The notes under the pieces were generated by a model, which did no database searches, had not been told where the DNA came from, and saw nothing but the letters and a program-made list of their open reading frames with translations. DNA of 64,000 nucleotides, from the NCBI GenBank assembly GCA_038087875.1, contig CM075990.1, forward strand, positions 9,984,001-10,048,000, written 5' to 3'. Position 1 is the stretch's first letter, and every line of letters starts with the position of its first letter. A program made the translations under genes and the position numbers. Below, piece by piece: positions 1-13,585 of this stretch. Origin of the DNA: Malacoraja senta. Its lineage: Eukaryota.

Positions 1-1881
1 ACTTTCCCCTTTACCGACCACCACTGACATCTTGAGTGAAGGCCATTTTGTTAAAAACATTTCAGCTTGACAATACCTGGGCAAATTTATTGATTGCAAC
101 TATCTCTGAATCTATAACTGCTAAATATTTATGTGACAATGATTTATTATCAAGCTTTGTTTTGATTTGATTTTAAACTCTGTTTAGCCCACTTAAATAT
201 CAAGGCTAACATAATATCTGCTCAGGAGACCCTTTCAATGATAGGAGATTAAACCTATCCAATTTAATATCCATTAGTTTTAAAATATTGAATAGACAAT
301 CATAACTAATCCAACACATTTGTCCTTTAATTGGCTGGTTACAGACTTTATCATCTCATTTATGGGAATGGGTCACGTGAATGACACAGACTACAGAATA
401 TTGTAGTCGATTTTACAGGACAAAACACTTCAAATGTTCTTCAGCAATAAAGAGTAATCTAACATTCCAGAAACTCAGACAAAACTTAAACACAATTTAA
501 ACAGACAAACAAATAATAATGTTACAGAATTATAGAAAAAATGTGTCTTAATAGTTCAGAAAACAGAGATGTTGAGTTGTGCAGTGCAGAAACAGGTTCT
601 TCAGTCCACCATGTCTATGCCAACTGTTGCATCCATCTTGACTGATCCCATTTACCCACATTAGGTCACAGACATCCATGCCTTGGTGGTTCAACTACTT
701 ATCTTGATGATTCTTAACTCTTGAGAGAGTACCTGCCCCCACCACCATCTCTCAAAGGGCTTAAAGTCTGAGATTTGATTTACACACTAGTTGATACGTG
801 CTGCAAGGAGCTGGGTTCAGTCCAGACCTCAGGTTCAGTCTAAGTGCTGTTTGCTCTTGCTGCTGTTTAGTCCGTGGGTTTCCACTGCTGACTTCAGTTT
901 CCATCATATTCCAAACTGCGCTGGTCGGTTTATCGGCTGCTGAGTCTGATTCGATTTGATTTGCGTTTGAGTTTGATTTAGTCACATGTACCGAGGTACA
1001 GTGAAAAGCTTTTGATGCGTGCTAATCATTCAGCGTAAAGACAATACTTGATTACAATCAAGCCATCCGCTGTGTACAGATGCATGATAAAGGGAATACC
1101 GTGAATATAGTTTATTGCAAGGTAAAGTCCAGTAAAGTGCGATGAAAGGTAGTCCGCGCGTCCCCAATGATGTAGATAGTAGCTCAGGATTCAGGACTGC
1201 AAGTTATCCCAGAGTGTACCTTAATAGCAAAAACTCATCAAAGGGAATGCTGATGGACATGTGAAAGAGTAAATTGCTGGAATAAAGGAAGTAAAACAAT
1301 GGGAATAGGTCATTTAGGATTACTCACTGGGAGATGTCATGGGCCCAATGGGCTGAATATCCTTCTTCTGTATGATTGTATATAAGATTAGGAATGATGC
1401 CTGGGATTCATTTCGCTTGTTCCATAACCTCAAACACTTTACAATCCATGACGTACATTTTGAAGTGCAGACCGGGGGAACAGGGCAGTTAAATTGTACA
1501 TAGCCTGCTCCCACAGTGATAACAATCAGATAATCTGTTTAATGAGATTGATTGCTCCATGGATTATTATTGATCAGGGCACCAGGGATATCGCCCCTAC
1601 TCTCCTTTGAAGTAGTGCCATGGGATCTATTTGAAAGGCCAGATGGGACCTCGGTTGATATTGTCTCTGAAACAGTGCTGTGTTCCTTCATTAGTACACT
1701 GGAGCATCTGATTCTCTGCTCTAGTTTTGAAACTAGGATTCATATCCATTACTTTCCAACTCAGTTGTAAGGATGCGACTGACACTGGACGAACTTATTA
1801 ATTCTTTTTTCCAATGAAGATATGTCTGAGGTCCACACACAGGATGAATGATGATTTCCTGGATCGTGCATTTACTGCTAG

Positions 1882-2178
1882 TTTAGTTTAGTTTAGAAAT
1901 ACAGCACGGAAACAGGCCCCTTCGGCCCACTGAGTTTGTGCCGACCAGCGATCCCCGTACACTAGCACTATCCCACACACGGGACAATTTACAATTCTTA
2001 CCAAGGCCAATCAACCTACAAAGCTGCATGCCTTTGGAATGTGGGAGGAAACTGGAGAAAACCCACATGGTCACAGGGAGAACGTGCAAACTCCGTACAG
2101 ACAGCACCCGCGGTCAGGAATGAACCCGGGTCTCTGGCGCTGTAAAGCAGCAACGCCACTGCTGTGCCACCGTGCAGC
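1882..2178 (-). mobile_element. tRNA-derived SINE (chondrichthyan family)
   Basis: (TTTAG)n tail and tRNA-like head, shared with many copies in the window. Confidence 0.8.
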
Positions 2179-3112
2179 CCTACATGGTAGCTTAACGGGA
2201 ACACTGTCTGATGTGTTCAGACATCAGCGGTAAGAGCAGAATGTTCAAACAAGGGTGGTGTGATTGGGTTTAACATCTACCATTGACTGTGTGGACGGAC
2301 TGTCCAGTTAAGTAACAAAGAGAAAAGCAGCCCACAATAAGTTAATTTTTTTCCTTGGCTCCCCCAGCTACCCCTCATCACTCCACTAACCACAAATGGT
2401 GCTTGAATAGAGAGCTCCAGTCCTGTCCTATTAAACCTTGGGCTCCAGCTGTGACTATCAGAAGCCACTTGTGTATATACAGAATTGGTAGAGAGGGACA
2501 GGGATTAAAATGGATTAGAATGTCATTGATGCGAAGGGGGAGAATTGGCCTTAAAAAATGTACATAATTAGATTTAGACCATATTTAAGTTGAAAATAAA
2601 TTGATTATGGGCGCACTGCATGCATCAAATGATTAAATCATTATGTCAGTGGGTGAATATTATTACTCAGAAAAACCATTATGTAGAAATGCAAGCTCCT
2701 GGAATTAAATAAAGATAGTGGTTAAATCAAATAAGGAAAACTATTGAAACCAGTGGAAAATAATGAAAACATTTCAGATTGTGAGTTTAATAAATTCTTG
2801 GTCAATCAGAAACATTTTAAATGTCAATTGTCAGCATCGCTCAACACACGTCCTCATTTAAAATGGAACTGTTTACATCGGGTATTAGGTCATTCTTTGT
2901 TACATCAGTAATTCTTTAGATAATCAGAGTTTTAAAGGGTGGTCTGAGGGAAATGCTTTAATCTTGGCTCTAATGGTTACAGCGACAGAGGCTCGGAGGC
3001 CATAAACTGCACTTGTGCCTTGGGCAATCAGCAAGAACATATTCTCTCATCTAAAGCCTTAAAGTGATCATGCACCTGTAATAATTCTAGTTTTACTGAA
3101 CTATGAAACAAA

Positions 3113-3426
3113 GGGGTGGCACAGTGGCACAGCAGGAGAGTTGCTGCCTTACATTGCTCACAGCGCCAGAGACCCAGGTTCGATCCCGAACACGGGTGCT
3201 GTCTGTACGGAGTTTGTACATTCTCCCCATGACTGCATGGGTTTTCTCCGAGATCTTCGGTTTCCTACCATACTCCAAACACGTACGGGATTGTAGGTTA
3301 ATTGGCTTGGTATAAATGTAAATTGTCCCTAGGATAGTGTTAATGTGCGGGGATTGCTGGTCGGTACGGACTCGGTGGGCTGAAGGGCCTGTTTCTGCGC
3401 TGTATCTCTAAACTAAACTAAAACTG
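3113..3426 (+). mobile_element. tRNA-derived SINE
   Basis: Head GGTGGCACAGTGGCACAGC..GGTTCGATCCC (A/B-box-like) and (CTAAA)n tail. Further copies at about 20383, 29585, 38680, 43560, 49150, 54385, 55400 and 60455. Confidence 0.85.
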
Positions 3427-3562
3427 ATAAAACTTACATCTTCTTGCCAATTTATTACACATCAATGTGCTGCATGGAAGCTGTGTAGAATGCAGCCAAT
3501 GTTGTGCACCTGATTTTGAATTATATTCACAGCAATGGAACATTAAGCTCTTTCCCCAGAAG

Positions 3563-5770
3563 GCAGATAGACACAAAAAGCTGGAGTAACTCGGCAGGAC
3601 AGGCAGCATCTCTGGAGAGAAGAAATGGGTGACGCTTCGGGTTGAGACCCTTCCTCAGACTGGTTAGGGATAAGGGAAACAAGAGATATAGACGATGATG
3701 TGGAGAGATAAAAAAACAATGAATGAAAGATATGTAAAAAAGTAACGGATAAAGGAAACAGACCATTTGTAAGCTGTTTGTAGGGTGAAAATGAGAAGCT
3801 AATGCGACTTGGGTGGGGGAGGGAGAGAGAGAGAGGGAATGCTGGGGCTACCTGAAGTGAGAGAAATCAATATTCATACCACTGGGCTGTAAGCTGTTCA
3901 AGCAAAATATGAGATGCTGTTCCTCCAATTTGCGTTTAGCCTCACTCTGACAATGGAGAAGTCTGAGGACAGAAAGGTCAGTGTGGGAATGGGAAGGAGA
4001 ATTAAAGTGTCCAACAACCGGGAGATCAGGTTGGTTCAGGCGGGCTGAGTGAAGGTGTTCAGCGAAACGATCGCCCAGTCTGCGTTTGGTCTCGCCGATG
4101 TATAAGAGTCCACATCTTGAACAACAGATACAGTAGATGAGGTTGGAGGAGGTGCAAGTGAACCTCTGCCTAACCGGAAAGGTTTGTTGGGGGTCCCTGG
4201 ATAGAGTTAAGGGAGGAGGTATTGCGACAGGTGTTGCATCTTCTGCGGTTGCAGGTGAAGGTACCTGGGGAGGGGATAGTTTGAGTGGGAAGGGATGAGT
4301 TAACCAGGTTGTGGAGGGAACGGTCTCTGTGGAAGGTAGAAAGGAGTGGAGATGGGAAAATGTGGCTAGTGGTGGGATCCCGTTGGATGTTGCGGAAATT
4401 TCGGAGGTTTATGTGTTGTATGTGACGGCTGATGGGGTGGAAGATAAGGACTGGGCCCACTAGGGGGCTCTGTCTCTGTTGCGACTAGCGGTAGAGGGAG
4501 CAAGGGCGGTGCTGCGGGGTAGCGAGGAGACACGAGTGAGGGCCTCATTTATGATGGGAGAGGGGAACCCCCATTCCCTAAAGAATGAGGACATCTCGGA
4601 TGTTCTAGTATGGAACACCTCATCTTTGGCACAGATGCGGTGTAGACGGAAGAATTGGGAGTAGGGGATAGAGTCTTAGCTGGAATCAGTGTGGGAGGAA
4701 GTGTAGTCGAGATAGTTGTAGGAGTCAGTGGGATTGTAATAGAAGTCAATAGTCTATTTTTTGTGATGGAGACTGTGAGATCAAGAAAGTTGGAGGAAGG
4801 TGTCGGAGATGGTCCAAGTAAATTTGAGTGCAGGATGAAAATTGGTGGTGAAGTTGATGAAGTCCACGAGTTCTGCATGGGTGCAGGAGGTAGCATAGAT
4901 GTGGTCATCAGTGTAACAGAGATAGAGTTCGGGGATAAGACCAGTGTACGCCTGGAACAGAGATTGTTCAACGTACCCTACAAAGAGGCAGGCATAGCTG
5001 GGACCCCATGCGGGTGCCCAATGCTGTGCCTTGGACTTGGAGGAAGTGGGAGGAATTAAAGGGGAAGTTGCTGATAGTTCTGCAGTTGAGGAAGAAACGG
5101 AGGGCTTTAAGGCCTTGCTGGTGGTGGATGGAGGTGTAGAGTGACTGAACGACCAAAGGAAAGATGAGGGAATGGGGGCTCGGAAAGCCGAAGTCATTAA
5201 AGAGACGAAGAGCATGTGAGGTATCTTGGACTTAGATCGGGAGAGATTGGACCAGGATGGATTTCCGTGGGACAGGAGCAGGCAGAAACAATGGGTCTGC
5301 TAGGGCAATTGTGTTTGTGGGTTTTGGGGAGAATGTAAAAATGGGCTGTGTGGGGCTTGGAAATGATAAGGTTGGAGGCTGAGGAAGGCAGACAGCCAGA
5401 AGTGATGAAATCTGTAATGGTGTTGAGATTAAGGCCTGGTGCTCATCTGTGGGCTCATGGTCCAAGGATAAGTAGGAGAAGGTGTCTGAGAGTTGTGGCC
5501 TGGCCTCAGCCCAGTAGAGGTCAGCGCACCAGACTACCACGGCACCTCCCTTGTCGGCGGGTTTGAATATAATGTCAGGGATGCTGCAGACTGAGCGTAG
5601 GGCTGTACGTTCAGAGGGCGTGAGGTTGGAGTAAGTAAGGGGAGCGGAAAAGTTAAGATGGTTGATGTCATGCCAGCAGTTAGTAATAAAGAGGTCTAGA
5701 GAGGGAAGAAGGCCGTTCTGGGGAGTCCAAGAGGAGGGGAACCGGTGCAGATGGGAGGGGTCATCACTGG
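3563..5770 (-). mobile_element. Degenerate Penelope-like retroelement (RT and GIY-YIG region fragments)
   Basis: Frameshifted minus ORFs contain GTALGTRMG, GPSYACLFVGYVEQSLF, YTDD, FLDLTVS and CNRRRCNTC, plus the typical Penelope terminal segment (gacacaaaaagctggagtaactc). Ends approximate. Confidence 0.85.
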
Positions 5771-7819
5771 GTGGTGAGGACTCCTTCCCATAGAAAAAGG
5801 CACAGAGGCGGATGCAATGAAAGAAAAGCTTCCCCCAGAAGGCAGATTACTTGTCATGGTGCCTCTGGGCTCAACAGCAGGGTTATTTATCCACCACTGC
5901 ATGAACCACCAGTCCTGTTCAGTCCATTAGATACAATCACAGATCCTCCAGCATCCCCCGGGACTCCAGTAGCATTTCCCTTTTGAACTGAATGTGGTTT
6001 TTATACATTTCAGACAATTGTATTAATACATCAGTAAAGAGATCTCAGATATTTATAGCTCTCAGCCTTTTTAATATTTTGAAATGTTCTGCAAATTTAA
6101 AATTTGTGTTTTCAATTCATTTGCATCCTTCTTTAAATACAGAGCCCAATACTGCCCAACTTGACCAGAGATCCAGGGACAATCTGAAGAAGGGTTACAA
6201 CCCACAACATCACCTATCCTTTTGTTTCAGAGATACTGCCTGATCCGTTGAGTTACACCAACACTTTGTGTCTATCTTTGGTATAAACCAGCATCTACAG
6301 TTGTTTGTTTCTACTAGAAGACTTGGACAACCTGGTATGATCTTCCAAGCCCAGTCTTCCAGAGTCAATTCCCTATCTCACTCAAGAACCCGGGATACTG
6401 AACTGCTAGGTTCACTCACAAATATCTGGATTGAGATAAAAATATCTTCACCCAGAGGTTAGTAAATCCTTGGAATTCTCTGCTTGAAAGAGCTGTGGAG
6501 GCTTTGTCCCTGAGCGTATCAAGAGAGGTCTTTAGATATTCAGTGAATCACATAATATAAGGTTAGTGCAGAAACACAGCTTAGGGGGCAGAATGGCATA
6601 GCAGGGACAAATGGCCTACTTCTGCTTCTTCTTCTTACATTGGCAGCTTCTGGCATGAACCAGGCAGTAACACCTCAAACTCTCTCAGGTCCACTTATTT
6701 AGGCTTCCAACATTAAACACACTGTATATCTTTCCAAGATTCTCCTGGAGAGAGAAATGCACCACCAAAAATCCCAAAATACGATTAACCCAGGCAAGTT
6801 ATGATAATGTGTTATCTGAAAGTATCTTTGTGAAGAAATTCCTAGGGACTTTGAATTCACCCAATGGCTATAGTGGTTTACTATTTGAAAATCCTCAAAT
6901 TCACTGTTCAGACATTATATACATTATTGCCCGTCCAATAAATTACTTTGGAGAAACATGTTTTTTGTTATTTTTCCAATTCTTTTAATCCACATCATTT
7001 TATGTAGTGATCTTGATCTGTTTGCAGGTTTCACAGCATGCTCAGCTCAATGGTTAAATAAGGTGCCACAGATTATATTTTGCCAATATATCCTGACAGA
7101 GACAGACATACACTCAATATTTCTGAGAATAAACTGTATGAATTTGTGATTCATTCTACATTTACCTGAAGCAAAGATATTTCTGGATATTTGGGGGGCA
7201 TGATGCATACTTTTCATCTCCGATCTAATTTCAGTCATGTACTGGAAGAGAAATCCATTAAAAAAAATCCATGCTAGCATTTATTATCATTGTCATTATA
7301 GTCCGTGTATTTTAAAAATCTCTGCTTGGTATAGTGCCAGATTTTATGGAAGTTTTCCGGGTTGAGAGTGCAGGGAAGACCAAAGCAGTGCTACTCTGTA
7401 ACTGACCACGGAGAGGTGTACAAGAGCAGCATCAAAGTCTGTCCAAGCTGTGAGAGAACAGATCCTTACAACCTCTTTAACAAAGGCACTTCAAGCAGGC
7501 AGACCCTGTTGTCTCTCTCACCCTCCAACAATCAGCAGAAAAATGCACCAAAGCTGGAAAATAAAGCTCTGAGCTACAGTATGTCTTACAAGTGAATGGC
7601 TCTGAGATTTTGTCTGATTAATTTTAAAATATGATTTTCTGGCATTAGCTCGAAATCTCAATTTGTCTGATTGAAATATATGACATTATTTGTGGACGTG
7701 TCGGTTTCCTGGATAGATCCCTATTTTTGAAATGTATTTTGGACAAGTAAAATATTAATATTAATAAACCTGCTTCTATTTAAGTTCAGACAGCAATGTT
7801 ATGAGCATCATTGACTTGG

Positions 7820-8062
7820 TGCACACACAGACAGACTCACATACAGGTAAATGTACAAATACTGAATACACAAATCACAAATTCACAAAAAGGGCTACAT
7901 AGAAAAGCACATACAAGTGGACCGATACTTACTAAAGCACATACACGTGCACATACACATACATTCATATGGATACATAAACATAGAAATATACACACTC
8001 ACACACACACACACAGATGTAATCTGGTATACACACACCCACAAACATCTAAGTACACATAC
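7820..8062. repeat. Degenerate (CA)n-rich tract
   Basis: CA/TACA-rich composition. Confidence 0.7.
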
Positions 8063-8290
8063 TGATATATAAATCCAGGTTTAACCTCTCTGGGTTAAGA
8101 ATAACCTGACTTATGGACATTTGACTATGCAAATTCTCCTGTATATTTTCAAAGCATTTTTTAAGCTAATGATATTAATAATAAGTTTTCATGGTATAAA
8201 ATGATGGTATTTAGTATTTGTTCCATTAGTTTAACTATGGGTACTGTTAGGGTGATTACTGAATGAAATGAAACAGTTATAATAAGTGTA

Positions 8291-8463
8291 GGACGGAAGG
8301 CAGATGCTGGTTTAAACCGAAGAAAGACACAAAAAGCTGGAGGAACTCAGCAGAACAGGCAGCATCTCTGGAAAGAAGGGTGATGTTTCGGGTCGGGAAC
8401 CTTCTTCAGACTGAAGATGCTGCCTGTCCTGCTGAGTTACTCCAGGTTTTTGTGTCTTTCTGA
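8291..8463. mobile_element. Short palindromic Penelope-derived element with 16-bp TSD
   Basis: AGTTATAATAAGTGTA occurs at 8275-8290 and 8464-8479, flanking an internally inverted Penelope terminal sequence. Confidence 0.75.
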
Positions 8464-10349
8464 AGTTATAATAAGTGTATGTGAAGTGATATGATGTGGA
8501 TTACTATAGAAAATTGATATTTTAGACTTAGGGGGAAATCATCTTAAGGACAGCACCCGCGAGTAGAACCTTATGTAAATTGGGCACTGGCAATGTATTC
8601 AAATAAACACAAATATACAGTTTCACAAATACACAAAGTTATGAACTAATGAATGGATTAAAACCTTAACACAAGCAAAATTATTTGCTGACTACATCAA
8701 TATATTTTGGTGCAGATGTTTAGGGTCAATAAGGAACTTGGATATTGATTTCACACTCCTAGAAAATAATCTTCAGTTGCGTTTCATTTGCCTGTTTAAT
8801 GAACTGAGGGAACCACAGCAGCTGATGTTTATTTAGTACACAGATATTATTTTTAATAGTCTTCTGATAATGAGTCGTGATTAATTTCTGCATTAGAGAT
8901 AAAAATTAAAAGCAGCAAAGAACAAATTCCATCTGAGGTCTATCTTCACCGAAACACAGGGCAGGTTCTGAAACATGGACAGGTGCAGCCTCTTCAGAAC
9001 ATTCCCATTTCACCTAGAAATGCTTTTGCTTTAAGTAGAATCCCTGAGTTCATTAACCAGACAAAATTTACCAAGTGACAACCAAAGGTGACTTCAATCA
9101 CGGCACTGACTATTTCAGTTTTAATTTAAAAAAGTAACAATAGATGTAACTCCCTGTCCCATTTGGAACTTCTCTGGCATTGTAAAGCATTCCACTGAAA
9201 TTTAGCACAATACCCAAAGCATGGCACCTCATCCCTCCTTTTTGCCATGTTACCAGAGACTAAAGATTATAATCACCACAAAAGACTAAACAGCTCAGAT
9301 TCTTTATTTAAGTGGCGCAGTGTCCTCCAAAAGGGTACAGTATATAGGGAAACAACTTTCATATGAGATCATGAGTACAAAACAGTCAATAATGTTAAGT
9401 TTTAAACATAGAGCAGGTTGAGTAGTTGAAAGGTTTAAAGAAAACCTGGACATGTATATAGGGGAAATGGAATAGAGATACCTGGTGAAAGGGTGACATG
9501 ATGTAAGGTAGAAGGGGGGGGGGGGGGGGGGTTATCAATTTTTGCATGGTCCTGATGGTTCAATAGCCTGTTTCTTTGCTGTGGATTTGATGTAACCATA
9601 GACCTTCCATCTGTTTGTGATCAATGAAAGTTGAACTCATCTCATCCCTGACACCAAAAGGGTTTGTAACATGATTGATAGACGTTTATGAGATCTGTTC
9701 ATATGTCAGAAAATGGGCAAAGGTACCAGGGAAATATCCACTGAAAAGACAAAATAATGTTATGAACTTGATTCATTCTGCACGCGCTTGCCACTGTGTC
9801 CAGGTCACTTAACTAAGCGAGGCAGAGGTAGGGGTGGTGTAGAGAGGAGGTGGCGGGAGTGGGGCTTCAAAATAAATATTTGCTGATTGAAGCAAATTCA
9901 ATGTAAGCCAGAAAAGAGTGAAAATACAGGCAATTGTTAAATCATGACAGGAGAACATGCTCACGGGGGGTTTATTACTAGTCTTCGAGATTGTGAATAA
10001 TTTTGACTGAGTAATCTCAGAGAAGGATTTGCATTGGGAGATGGTTTGTATTCATAGACTTAATGTAACTTGGGAAAAAACAGGAGGAGAGAGGAGGCAG
10101 TAATTTTTACCTAGTGAATAGTGATCTGGAATAGGTTTCATGAATATGGTTCAGTGGCGATTTTCAAAGAAGTATTACATAAGTATTGGTACGGGTGTTA
10201 ATTGCAGTTTAATACGGAAAGAGCAGAGTGGGCATTGAACAAGTGGGATCATTTTTTCCAATGAGCTAATATAAGAATGATGGGCTGGACTTTGCAATTT
10301 ATCATACAGTGATTCCTCAACTCCAACGCATTACTCTGCCAGAGAGATA

Positions 10350-10955
10350 ACCATATAACCATATAACCATATAACCATAACAGCACGGAAACAGGCCATC
10401 TCGGCCCTTCAAGTCCGTGCCGAACATTTTTTTTAAATTAAAAATAAATACTTCCCCCTAGTCCCATCTACCTGCACTCAGACCATAACCCTCCATTCCT
10501 TTCCCATCCATATACCCATCCAATCTATTTTTAAAGGATAACATCGAACCTGCCTCCACCACTTCCACTGGAAGCTCATTCCACACAGCTACCACTCTCT
10601 GAGTAAAGAAGTTCCCCCTAATGTCCCCCCTAAACTTCTGTCCCTTAATTCTCAAGTCATGTCCCCTTGTTTGAATCTTCCCTACTCTCAATGGGAAAAG
10701 CTTATCCACGTCCACTCTGTCTAACCCGCTCATAATTTTAAAGATCTCTATCAAGTCCCCTCTTAACCTTCTGCGCTCCAAAGAATAAAGACCTAACTTG
10801 TTCAACCTTTCTCTGTAACTTAGTTGCTGAAACCCAGGCAACATTCTAGTAAATCTCCTCTGTACTCTCTCTATTTTGTTGACATCCTTCCTATAATTAG
10901 GCGACCAAAATTGTACTCCATACTCCAGAATTGGCCTCACCAATGCCTTGTACAG
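10350..10955 (-). mobile_element. CR1 LINE 3' fragment
   Basis: ORF 10458-11012 contains LYKALVRPILEYGVQFWSP..ERVQRRFTR..LYSLERRRLRGDLIE. (CCATATAA)n tail at 10350-10380. Confidence 0.92.
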
Positions 10956-12664
10956 TAAAAGGAACTGCAGATGCTGGAATCTTGAGCCAAACACAAAGTG
11001 CTGGCACAGCACAATGGGTCAGGAAGCAGCTGTGGAAGAAATGGACAGGTAACGTTTTGGGTCAAGTTTCCAGACCATTCCCTTTATAGATGTTTACTGA
11101 CCCACTGAGTTACTCCAGTACTCTGTGTTTTGCACACTACTCTGCTACAACTATTAATTTTGGCCGTATAATTTGAGCCTAATCGATCTCTGCCCTAAAT
11201 CGCTTTCAGATTTGTTCTCGTATGGACTTAATGGGTTTGGTAATGCTGTTGATTTGTAGATGCAGCCCCACTCCAGCATTACAGTGGATTTTTCATAATT
11301 TGCCCAGGTTTAGAAAGGAGCAAGAAACAAATCACGAGCAGAAGCCTCATCATTTGCGTATTCTGCAAAATCTCTTGCAATTCAGATGGACTAATTACAT
11401 AAGTGTGGAAGTTTCCAAAATACAAACATTTCAACAACTGGTGCAGTTTTCACTTTAGATTCAGGCAAATCTTTGCTAATCCAGCCTTGCTGAATGGTGA
11501 CCGAAGAATGTGTTGCTCGATCTTTACAGAGTGCTGGTTATGTTTCATATTTCTAACTGGCCATTAACTATCCATGACAACTGTCTTCAGCCTGACTGCA
11601 CCATCCCACTACTACCTGGGATCAAGGCAATAAATATTAATTAAAAGGTGATCAACTGGTCCTTCATGACACTAATTAAAGGATGTAAATAATAATTAGC
11701 TACGTTGCCTCTTTGCACCTGGCTTCTGTAGTCAATCAGAACTTGCTGTTTACAAATTGTATTGGATCACAGCGGCCTTAGACCCCCCTTATGTTGCTTA
11801 GCTTCTTTCAATTAAGAATTATTAATCAGTGTGGGTACCCGAATGTTGGTTCGATACACTGGAAACATCTTTGGTGCAGGCTTGATAACTGACCTTGTGC
11901 ACTGTTAATGATTTAACCAAGTAACATACAGGTTGGTAAATATCTCAGTGGACTAGCAGCAGATGGCACTCCACCGTCGCTAATCACTGTGTGTTAAAAT
12001 GTTCTTAAACCAAATACTGACCTAAATGGAACTGCCACCTGGTTGCTGTCCAACCATCTGTTGCTAAAAACCTGTATTGATCAGGAGCCAGTCAATATTC
12101 CATCTCTCGCTAGTTCACCTTGAAGTAGGTGCTGATAATAATCTCGGTGGACCATTGCCAATGCATTAATTAAAGCAATGCTCTCAACTTGTTAGACTTT
12201 CAGCTTTGCAAAACAAATTGCTTTTGAAAAGCATGTTTTCATTTTCAGTTGCAAAATGTACTGGACAGTCCGGAATCTAACAAGACATATACAAAAGGAC
12301 ATATTATTTATTTTCTCCAAACAAAAAACTCCCGAAGGAACTCAGAAGGTCAGCCGCATCTGTGGAGGAAAATGACAGATGACATTTCAAGTCTAAAGAA
12401 GGATCCCGACTCAAAACATCATCTGTTCATTCTTCCTATAGATGCTGCATGATGTATTTCACTGTGCCTGGTACACGCGACAATAAAGAAACCATTGACC
12501 ATCGACCATTGACCAGCCGCTGGGTTTCTTCAGCATTTTGTTTTTTGCTCGCAATTCCAGCATCTGTAGCCTTGTTCCCCATTTCACTTCATCCCCCATT
12601 GGATTCTCACCCCAGTATGATATGCAGGAGAGCCCTGACATCCCCTGGTGCTGTCTACATCTTG

Positions 12665-13182
12665 CAATTCAAGAGAGTTTATTGTCATGTGTCCCAGATT
12701 GGACAATGAAATTCTTGCTTTGCTTCAGCACAACAGAATATGGTAGGCATGAATACAGAACAGATCAGTGTGTCCATATGCCATTATATAAATATATACA
12801 CACATGAATAAATAAACAGATAAAGTGCAAATAAACAGATAATGGGCTATTAATGTTCAGAGTTTTGTTTGACTTGAGTTTAATAGCCTGATGGCTGTGG
12901 GGAAGAAGCTACTCCTGAACCTGGTCGTTGCAATCTTCAGGCTCCTGTACCTTCTACCTGAAGGTAGTGGGGAGATGAGTGTGTGGCCAGGATGGTGTGG
13001 GTCCTTGATGATGCTGCCAGCCTTTTTGAGGCAGTGACTGCGATAGATCCCCTCGATGGTAGGGAGGTCAGAGCCGATGATGGACTGGGCAGTGTTTACT
13101 AATTTTTGTAGCCTTTATCGCTCGTGGGCGCTCAAGTTGCCGAACCAAGCCACGATGCAACCGGTCAGCATGCTCTCTACTC
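12665..13182 (-). mobile_element. Rex1/L2-group LINE 3' fragment
   Basis: Sequence is similar to other Rex1-like tails in the window. Ends approximate. Confidence 0.65.
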
Positions 13183-13309
13183 TCACTGTCATTCGAAAAT
13201 AAAATACAGCAAATGGGCGATGAATGCTGGCAAAGCCGATCTCTGGTCAATGAGCGAAACTGCCCCACGCACATTCGATAATTATGAACGAGGAATCCGC
13301 TGATTTCAG

Positions 13310-13585
13310 GGAAGGGAAGAGCAAAGAAAAAAAGGGAATGAAGTGGAAAGAGAAAGGGAGGAACAGGAGGAAGAAACCAAAGGAAGGGAAAGAGGAAAGA
13401 GAGAGCAGGAAGGCAGGAAGGAATGGTGAAGGAAAGGAACTGCGGCTGAAGAAGGAGATAGAGGAGAGGAAAAGGGGAAGGGAAGAAAAGGAGAAAGCAG
13501 GAAGAAGGAGTGACGGCACTTCAGAAACAGACAGGAAGATGAAGAGGGTAGGAAAGAAAGAGAAAGGTGACCGAGGTCCAGAAAG
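13310..13585. repeat. Purine-rich (GA) low-complexity tract
   Basis: Nearly pure G/A composition; explains the K/E/R-rich and F/L/S-rich ORFs here. Confidence 0.85.

Noticed and set aside
3113..3200. tRNA gene
   Set aside because: tRNA-like head of a SINE, continuous with SINE body and tail.
5880..5990. Gly-rich minus-strand frame as a COL13A1 collagen exon
   Set aside because: No sustained Gly-X-Y register, and an in-frame stop occurs without a donor site.
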